NCBI GenBank assembly: GCA_043228905.1
Contig: JBHGNT010001418.1
Location: 1-8,765, forward strand
Source: Azolla caroliniana
Lineage: Eukaryota > Plantae > Polypodiophyta
Direction: 5' to 3'
DNA: 8,765 nt
Numbering within the stretch: the stretch's first letter is position 1; each line of letters opens with the position of its first letter. This document shows positions 1 through 6,369 of this stretch, in pieces. The position numbers were made by a program, and so were the translations under genes. The notes under the pieces were generated by a model. It ran no database searches. It was given only the letters and a program-made list of their open reading frames with translations, and had not been told where the DNA came from.

Positions 1-38
1 AACATATTAGAAAAAGCATGTAGTTATGTTTAGTCTCT

Positions 39-60
39 CCCATCACTATATAAGGATGGG
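39..60 (+). promoter_or_regulatory. TATA box of LTR-A inside a short inverted repeat
   Basis: CCCATC (39-44) - ACTATATAAG (45-54) - GATGGG (55-60); same position relative to conserved blocks as in LTR-B. Confidence 0.6.
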
Positions 61-118
61 GAGCACATTGTAGTTTTTGTTGATTATTTTTCTATAATGA
101 TCAATCAATCTAAAATAT

Positions 119-274
119 TCGTGGGATTCACGAATTTGCTAAAATAATTCTCTCTTACTACCTAAATATTGACTAAATATACTAAACTCGTGGGATTCAC
201 GAATGTTGCCATAAAAAATTACTCTTATAATCTAAATATTGTTTTAAAATACACTAAACTCGTGGGATTCACGA
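119..274. repeat. Degenerate ~70-bp tandem repeat with an invariant palindromic 15-mer TCGTGGGATTCACGA (3 copies)
   Basis: Exact copies at 119-133, 188-202 and 260-274 (periods 69 and 72). The intervening segments resemble each other (CTCTTA, CTAAATATTG, ACTAAAC). Confidence 0.9.
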
Positions 275-403
275 GATTACTATCTTACTTCTCTTCCTAT
301 TATTCATAACTAGCCTTATTTGTATTTTTCTTTCTCCTAGTCCAAAACCTCGGTGGTTCCCACCCGACTCACGCAAACGATCCGGAGCCGAAAGGCACGA
401 CAA

Positions 404-808
404 CGGGACCGACTATCGGAAGCCAAGTCGGAGGAAGTACGGCTCCACCAGCTACTCGAACTCGGTGAAACATGCGTACACAGCATGGCTGTGTTGGAGT
501 AGGAACAACAACGGCGTAAAGCGTTTGTGGATCGACATCGGAATGTACGAGAAAAGGATTTCGCGGTCGGTAGAGCGGTACTGGTTTTCCAAACCCGCAT
601 GGGCCATATGCTAGGAAAGTTACGATTCCGCTAGACAAGCCCGTACTGGATAATAGGAGCGGAACAAGGCACGTTCCAACTAGGCACGTTGGCCGGGGAA
701 GTCTTACGACAAAAGGTGAATGGGTTTCGCCTTAAACCTTATCTGGGACCTACGCCACCTAACCCATTCCCCGCCGGATAGGACAAAGCCGAAGAACCCA
801 TGGCGTAA
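404..808 (+). pseudogene. pol: Ty3/gypsy Pol integrase C-terminal (GPY/F) domain, disrupted
   Basis: Manual translation from 404: RDRLSEAKSEEVRLHQLLELGETCVHSMAVLE*EQQRRKAFVDRHRNVREKDFAVGRAVLVFQTRMGHMLGKLRFR*TSPYWIIGAEQGTFQLGTLAGEVLRQKVNGFRLKPYLGPTPPNPFPAG*DKAEEPMA*. This fits the RLxQLxELxE...FxxGxxVLxF...GKLxxRWxGPY...VNGxRLKPY pattern. Stops at 500, 632 (the conserved W) and 779; the true end is 781 or 808. Confidence 0.9.
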
Positions 809-954
809 GCGGACGGCCCTACTTGTAGCATAGTGTAAAAATAGGCTTGTATGTAACTGTTACGAAAAAAAAAGAAAAAGAGAAGATAACGACGCTATTA
901 AAAAAGGACTGAATGCATGCACAAACTTCTAGACCAAGAACACACGGCATCACG

Positions 955-3404
955 ATGGCTCACCGCCCAATGAACCCTAGGCCACAAAAAGAAGGAAATA
1001 GAAGGTCTTCTTCACAATACAGAAATCCACCTCCTAACTCTCAGCGCTCTCATCGCTCCCCTCCCTCACCTTCTCCTCCATCCTATCACAGAGCTCAAAC
1101 CCACCGCAACCAACAATCTCCTCCCCACGAGCCTACTGTGACTATGCCGATATTTATCTCTACCGTCTTACGTCGATGGCTCGTGGAGAAACGCTTGGAT
1201 GGGTACATCAAGGTCGCAGAGGCACCTCCACACCCGGATGCATTTGACATCGCCAGAAAGCGCAACATCGACACGGTCACCAACTCATCCATCCAGAAAA
1301 AGTTAGACCTGTCATCCCTAGGGGAAAGGCATTTCGAAATCCCTCCTCCGGAGTCACTGCAGAGATATTTCGGTCCATATTCGTCCTTCGCCAAGGCATA
1401 TAGGATGAAGGAGATCCTAGATCCCTTTTACGCGAAGTTGCCAAGTTCCTATTAGAGGTTAGATGCGTACATGTAAACGCATATGGCATGCCCAAGAAGA
1501 AGGTAGGTATCATTATTGATACCTTTAAAGGGTGTACGGTCGATTGGGGGGTCATCACAGGGCCAACGTTAAGGGAAGGCCCGCACGCGTATCAAGGAGG
1601 CAAGAAGCTCAGGCCTATCATACAACAGTACTTGACGTTACTATTCCCACCCCGAGGCCTGCCGGCACCGTAGCCCAGGAGGCCCACGTCACCACCTCGA
1701 TCCGCGAAGCGCAGGTTAGCGGAGTTAGCCACCACAGAGTGGGAGGATAAACCCCAACCCGTCCATCCGGACACACGGACAGTGCCGGAAGAGCAGGCGC
1801 TCCGAGGAAGCGGCACCAGATCTAGACGCCGAACCTCGACAGGAAAGCCCTAGGCCGAAATAGCAGAGGCTGGACAGGAAAGATGGGCGAGGATTAGTTA
1901 AATACGTACTCCTGGCAGTGGAGACCACGACCGCAGGCGACGACTCCGCAACTACGGAGCCAAACACCACCTTCGAAATAATCCGGGAGACACGGCTGAT
2001 CATTACGGCCCAGTCACAACGAGGGAAAGCCGTATTGACGACGGAAAGCGAGGTCTTGGCATACCTGGATATCCCGGACATGGCCCATGAGTTCAACGCA
2101 CTATTACAGTTTGAAACCTCTTTTGAGCTCATGGAATTCTTGGCAACGCAACAGATAAAGGTCTCATAACGAATGGCCTAGGAGCACGCGGAGCGCCAAA
2201 TGATCGAGCCAGCCTTAACACAAACGGCGGAGAGCGACGATGAGGACCAGTTAGCCAGAGTCGGCAGACGGAGGAACGCCAATATACACCGAATGGGGAT
2301 GGAACTAACCCCATTAAACACGACCCTAGTTGAAGTTCATAGTGAACTGGCAAAGGTCAGCATGGGCGCCAAGGAGATGGCCATTAAAAATAAGAATGTC
2401 TGGAAGAAGGTTAAACTGACCCAAGGCGAACTGCAAAAAGCCAGCGAACGCATCGCGGAGTTGGAAAATAACGCAACTATGGCACAACGGGCAGCTCCAC
2501 CACCAAACAACGCCATCAAAGCCTTGAAGGAAGAGATTGAGGTTTAGACCTCCATTGCCTCAAAAGCAAAACAGGTCGTACAACTAGCGGAATCAGAAAT
2601 TGACCGCCTCTGCGCTGAACTTTGCCAGTCCTTAGACAGGGAAAAGGACATCCGGGCCAACGGCCGAAAAGCAGTAAAAACCCTTGAAGAGAAACTTTTT
2701 GCGGAGACAACACAACATACACGGACAAAAGAAGAAAACGCCCAATTACGGGAGGAAGTGAAAAAATCGGAGGCGGAAACCGCGGGACGCCGGGCCTTAT
2801 TGGAGAAAAAGAAGGCATGGTTCGACAAGCAGCTGGTGGGCGAATAGGAAAGAAGGCATTAGCGCGAAATCCGCCTGAACAATGAAATGGGAAAACTAGA
2901 AGAACTACATGCGAAGGAATCCTAGCTGTGGGCGGGTATGAAGAGCACGTATGAAGAAGCGGCGGCAGTTAGTCAGCAAGAAATTGCAAACCTCAAGAAG
3001 TCTGTGGAAGAAGCATGCAACCGTTGCCAGGCCATCACAGACAACGTGCGTATCCTCCTACAAACGAATCGGGAGAGGTTTACGACGCAATTGAAAACGA
3101 CGCTAGACAAAGGATGGATGGCGTGGGCGGCACAAGCAGTGGAATTGCACGCGTATCGAGCGGACTGGGAGAACCGGAGAAAAGATGACAGAGGCTTCTA
3201 TAAACTCAATAAGGAAAGCATTGCGGCGGTATGCGAGGACCTAGCGCAAGACTATCGTACGCTAGCGGACCAACATTCTGAAGAACTCGCGCAGCTATTA
3301 GATGATTTTGGTGAAAGTTAGGAGGATCTCTTTGACCAGATCACGCAAGCCGGTAGCACGCGAACAAACGGGGAATCCATCGCGATACCAATTCCGGATA
3401 CCGT
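955..3404 (+). pseudogene. Retrotransposon accessory (extra) ORF downstream of pol, ~815 codons, 3'-truncated: Pro/Ser/Arg-rich N-terminus, globular domain, linker, long coiled coil
   Basis: ORF-track pieces 913-1455, 1488-1673, 1918-2169, 2200-2547 and 2938-3321 join into one protein with two frameshifts (T run 1426-1429, restoring DPFLREVAKFLLE, and ~1800). One frame runs 1801-3404, broken only by stops. The ATG at 955 has good context (ACGATGG). E/K/L/A-rich helical sequence spans ~2300-3320. Confidence 0.75.
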
Positions 3405-3475
3405 TGTCGTAGTGTAATTCGCACACTACGTGAAAAATTACATTTTTGGTCTCTCCGGATAGGACATGGAGTACC

Positions 3476-3673
3476 CGGTGAGAACCGGAAGGACCGAAAC
3501 CGGTAAGGAGAGCTGGATGAAGAAGGCCGGTGAGAGTCGGTGAGAAACGGACGAAGCGATCGGTAAGGAGGTCCTGGTAAGAACCAGACAAAGAAAACTA
3601 GCAAGCACCGGATGAAGCAGAACCGGAAATAGCCGGATGAAGAAGGCCAGTGAGAGTCTCTCATCGGATGAAG
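3476..3673. repeat. Purine/CCGG-rich sub-repeats in the U3 part of LTR-B
   Basis: 28-mer AGCYGGATGAAGAAGGCCRGTGAGAGTC at 3511-3538 and 3631-3658 (26/28 identical); CGGTAAGGAG at 3501 and 3561; CGGTGAGAA at 3476 and 3538; CGGATGAAG at 3609, 3634 and 3665. Confidence 0.8.
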
Positions 3674-3979
3674 AGACATATTTGTAAATAGAAGAAAGTA
3701 TAAAAATATATATATTACATGCATAGGGCAAGATTCTAACCTTGCACCTCCATGTTAATAATGTTAAGCCTTATCATTATACTAGCGTATTATGAATTTT
3801 AAAGTTATACTAAACTTTATCCCATGTAAAATTTCTAGACATGCATGGTACAAAAAGTTATTCATGCATAGACACTTGAGTAAAAAGAAAAGATGAGATA
3901 GAAAGCTAATCATCCACATGCAGTGTGCATGAAAACTAAAGATAGAAAAAGCATGATGCTTGCATGTGAAAAACTTAGA

Positions 3980-4005
3980 CTCTTCCAATACTATATAAGG
4001 AAGAG
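3980..4005 (+). promoter_or_regulatory. TATA box of LTR-B inside a 7-bp inverted repeat
   Basis: CTCTTCC (3980-3986) ... ACTATATAA (3990-3998) GGAAGAG (3999-4005). Confidence 0.6.
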
Positions 4006-4062
4006 AGAAAGATGTATAGAGGTTGTTGATTATTTTTACAAGGGTTGATTAATATAATATAA

Positions 4063-4144
4063 TCGTGGGATCCACGAGTTTGTTAACTATTTTTCTCTCT
4101 TAAATTAAGTACTCACTAATACACTATACTCGTGGGATTCATGA
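4063..4144. repeat. Two copies of the palindromic 15-mer in LTR-B
   Basis: TCGTGGGATCCACGA (4063-4077) and TCGTGGGATTCATGA (4130-4144), period 67; 4118-4141 matches 248-271 at 23/24 positions. Confidence 0.9.
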
Positions 4145-4746
4145 GTTTTTCATATCTTTCTTTCTTACAATATAATTCATATTCTTAATTGTCTTAGAAT
4201 TTTCTTCTCTCCTAGTGGATACCAAGGTGAACATTGCCGACAGCCTCACCATGCCTCTCCCAGATCTACACTTCAATGCACTAAGACGACATATGGGACT
4301 TACAAGTGAGCGATCAAAGAGGAGCCGAACAAAGGAGTAGAAGGTAAGTCGAAGAATGACACAACTAGACAACTCGAAACGACAAAGTTGAAGGAGCCGG
4401 ACAGCCTGAAGGCTACAGACACAATTGAGTGCGAGGAAACCGAAAGGATAGGAGAGAATCGAAGGCTGAATGGAACCGAAAACCGATCGATGATCCATCG
4501 GAGAGCACAAGAATCAACGCGCGTAGAGAACCGATGGCCTAGAGGCCAAAAGTTGAATTGGTCATTAGTGAGCCAATAAACTTGTAACATATGTATAGTT
4601 GATTCAGTTTAAGATGTAAGTTGAGCTTATGAGGGAGATAAGCCCATCACATTGTATGTAAAACAAAGTAGTCCTTTTACAGGGGAGTTTGTTGGGATAA
4701 AAGTCCCACTTCGCCCACCTTGTATCTCTAGTGTGAACACAGTTAA

Positions 4747-4764
4747 CCTAACTATATAAGTAGG
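4747..4764 (+). promoter_or_regulatory. Third ACTATATAAG TATA decamer in a short inverted repeat
   Basis: CCTA (4747-4750) - ACTATATAAG (4751-4760) - TAGG (4761-4764), with outer GTT/AAC pairing. Confidence 0.45.
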
Positions 4765-4820
4765 GAACCGTTCTTGTAAAGGATGTTTGAAGGTGAATGG
4801 AAGACAATCTTCTTTCAGCA

Positions 4821-4822
<2 letters not shown>

Positions 4823-4861
<39 letters not shown>
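4823..4861. repeat. (TC)19 microsatellite at the LINE 5' junction
   Basis: Perfect dinucleotide run. Confidence 0.98.
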
Positions 4862-4862
<1 letters not shown>

Positions 4863-5458
4863 GAATTGCATGGGACGCAAGCAAAAATATCCAAAAGACG
4901 CATAAAAGCAAAATTTTGTGTTCCGGTTGAATGCAAGACACTTGATTAATGATGCATCGCTAGATTCCTCAATAAATGAGGCCTTTTTGCAACGCCAATG
5001 TATCATGATATGGGAAAAATGTGGAAGCTCACGCTTCACACATTATACTACACATGTTGCACCTAACTATAAAACCATATTCTTTGTGAAACGGGGAAAT
5101 TGTACACATCAATACATGTTAGAGCCCATCCCGTTATCTTCCATTCGAACCATTGCTTCCATGCGACTTAGCTCACATCCATTGCGATGTGAGACAGGGC
5201 GTTGGGGCACAAATTATGAGAGTGGCAGGCTAAGTATCACACTTTTATACAATACTCTGCCTTTGATCATATTCGACCATGCTTTCCACATCTCTTCGAC
5301 CAAGCCCAATCCTTGCACGAAATTTCTCTCACAACCACAATGTGCTGTCTTGATTGCAACATTCATCGGTAAAGTTCTTGAACATTGAGAGTCGCTACTC
5401 ACGTGAAATGTAATATTTTTGGTCTCATAGGTCATATTTGACCTCCGAAGACGATAAT

Positions 5459-5462
<4 letters not shown>
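4862..5462 (+). mobile_element. 5'-truncated non-LTR retrotransposon (RTEX/RTE or L2/CR1-group-like): decayed ORF2 C-terminus plus 3' UTR
   Basis: MRLSSHPLRCETGRW (5161-5205) fits the RxSxHxLxxExGR motif. The following CxxC segment is missing (~5233), but YHTFIQYSAFDHIR (from 5235, shifted frame) fits the ExHxxxxCxxYxxxR half. Coding-like RIAWDASKNIQKTHKSKILCSG starts at 4862. A 3' stem-loop AGGTCA-TATT-TGACCT (5429-5444) precedes the microsatellite tail. Confidence 0.85.

Positions 5463-5505
<43 letters not shown>
5463..5505. repeat. (TC)21 tail / target repeat of the LINE copy
   Basis: Perfect run directly following GACGATAATATAA. Confidence 0.98.
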
Positions 5506-5508
<3 letters not shown>

Positions 5509-5617
5509 ACCCTCTTGTTTGTCTACTCCTCTACTTGTTTGTTAGACTAACTAGCAGGTTCTCAATCATCTTCCACATCATCATCATCATCATTAACTTC
5601 ATATCTAACACCCACGC

Positions 5618-5754
5618 TCACCAACTCTATTTGATGCATTGATGAATTGGAAGAAATGCTTGCCAAGTTGGTAAAGGAAGAAGGCGTTGAAGAAGTTGCA
5701 ATTGGGAATGTTGTTATCATGCTTTTGCTATATGTGGATGATGTAGTGATTTTT
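5618..5754 (+). pseudogene. Non-LTR reverse transcriptase core fragment (YxDD motif region)
   Basis: SPTLF (5618-5632), a frameshift, then CIDELEEMLAKLVKEEGVEEVAIGNVVIMLLLYVDDVVIF from 5635; YVDD at 5731-5742. Fits the LINE RT pattern LSPxLF...LLYADD. Not in the ORF track. Confidence 0.85.
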
Positions 5755-5853
5755 GGTCTCATCGAGAGTCACTACTCAGTTTGACACGTATCACGTGAAA
5801 TGTAATATTTTTGGTCTCATAGGCCATATTTGACCTCCAAAGACGATAATATA

Positions 5854-5893
<40 letters not shown>

Positions 5894-5921
5894 GTTTATC
5901 TATCTATCTATCTATCTATCT
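5749..5921 (+). mobile_element. Second, very short copy of the same LINE 3' end with an (ATCT)n tail
   Basis: 5760-5857 aligns to 5383-5465 with four transitions and one 15-bp indel (5778-5792). It encodes HRESLLSLTRIT* (stop 5796-5798), the likely original ORF2 end. Confidence 0.85.
5854..5921. repeat. (ATCT)n microsatellite tail
   Basis: 10 units, one GTTT variant, then 6 units. Confidence 0.97.
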
Positions 5922-5951
5922 CTTCATAGTTATTAGCTTATCTAGTTGTTA

Positions 5952-6369
5952 CACTACAAGCATTGTGTATTGGGTCGAACCCAATTTTCACACCTCTCTA
6001 TTACTTCATACATATCTCTTAATTTATTAGATGTCTTTGTGGAATGTAGGTCTCTATTGGGCAACCTTACTAACTAAGCTCTCTTTCTCTTTCTTTATTT
6101 TTAATCTTTCTTCCCCCCTCTTCATCCCCATTTCCCCCTCTTTTTCGTCTTCTTTTAATAAAACAAATGCATTGTTTTATGACGCATTTGTTTTAGTGTC
6201 ACTAAATTTCCAGCGATGCATTTTTATGCATCACATAGTGATGCTATTTTTCTTAAGTGTGCCACTATGCAACACATTTTAATTAGTCACTTAATAATAG
6301 TTAGTGACACAATTAGCCATGCATTTTACCAAAAAATGGGGTGTTGCTAATGCCCATTCTATTGTAGTG
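5952..6369. mobile_element. Small non-autonomous CACTA (En/Spm)-like element, 418 bp
   Basis: Terminal inverted repeats CACTACAA (5952-5959) and TTGTAGTG (6362-6369). Degenerate subterminal repeats in both orientations near the right end: GTGTCACTAAA 6196, CAGCGATGC 6211, TAGTGATGC 6236, TTAGTGACAC 6301, GTGTTGCTAA 6341. The TSD is imperfect. Confidence 0.6.

Larger units (their letters stand above)
1..402 (+). mobile_element. 3' portion of an LTR (LTR-A), cut by the window edge and abutting an integrase frame
   Basis: Collinear conserved blocks with 3943-4291: TAGAAAAAGCATG (8-20 / 3943-3955), ACTATATAAGG (45-55 / 3990-4000), TTGTTGATTATTTTT (77-91 / 4023-4037), TCGTGGGATTCACGA-type motifs, TCTCCTAGT (333-341 / 4208-4216) and terminal ACGACA (397-402 / 4286-4291). 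Integrase-like translation starts immediately after 402. Confidence 0.65.
403..3404 (+). mobile_element. Internal fragment of a decayed non-chromovirus Ty3/gypsy LTR retrotransposon (Athila/Tat/Phygy-like organisation)
   Basis: GC-richer block containing an integrase C-terminus with no chromodomain, a short A-rich spacer and a long same-strand extra ORF; bounded on both sides by LTR termini. Confidence 0.85.
3405..4291 (+). mobile_element. Complete 887-bp LTR (LTR-B), solo-like, no target-site duplication
   Basis: 6-bp terminal inverted repeats TGTCGT (3405-3410) and ACGACA (4286-4291); the upstream ORF breaks off at this point; internal TATA at 3990; 3' half homologous to 1-402. Flanks ACCGT and TATGG do not match. 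Confidence 0.7.
4292..5610 (+). mobile_element. Probable third LTR remnant (LTR-C: 4292-4822 plus 5506-5610), split by the LINE insertion
   Basis: Purine-rich U3-like start, CCAAT (4573-4577), TATA decamer in a CCTA/TAGG inverted repeat (4747-4764), pyrimidine-rich segment after the LINE, and a plausible terminus ...ATCTAACA at 5610. No 5' terminus or second copy is visible. Confidence 0.4.

Noticed and set aside
39-60. Rolling-circle (CRESS virus) origin hairpin
   Set aside because: The loop is not a TAATATTAC/TAGTATTAC nonamer and no Rep is encoded; a TATA box fits the LTR context.
119-274. CRISPR-like array (palindromic repeat with regular spacing)
   Set aside because: The repeat is only 15 bp, the spacers are homologous to each other, no cas genes are present, and the context is a eukaryotic LTR.
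325-341. CTAG-T as a Helitron 3' end or a splice acceptor (also 4200-4216)
   Set aside because: There is no GC-rich hairpin ~11 nt upstream and no convincing splice donor, and similarity between the copies continues weakly to the ACGACA terminus.
500-3321. TAG read as Gln (alternative genetic code or programmed readthrough)
   Set aside because: One TAG replaces the conserved integrase Trp and frameshifts co-occur, so mutational decay is the simpler explanation.
337-3731. Minus-strand ORFs over the gypsy region and LTR-B
   Set aside because: They are antisense shadows of GC-rich coding sequence or repeats, with no recognisable motifs.
1-4291. LTR-A and LTR-B as the two LTRs of one element
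   Set aside because: They are far more diverged than the well-preserved internal frames would allow, both junctions cut coding sequence, and there is no PBS or PPT.
4294-4312. TGG two bases after LTR-B as a primer-binding site
   Set aside because: The following sequence does not resemble the complement of a tRNA 3' end, and no gag follows.
4627-6282. ORFs 4627-4941, 4748-4936, 5562-5762, 5830-6030 and 6031-6282
   Set aside because: They derive from microsatellites (ERER, IYLS, DDDD), low-complexity DNA or the antisense of the RT fragment.
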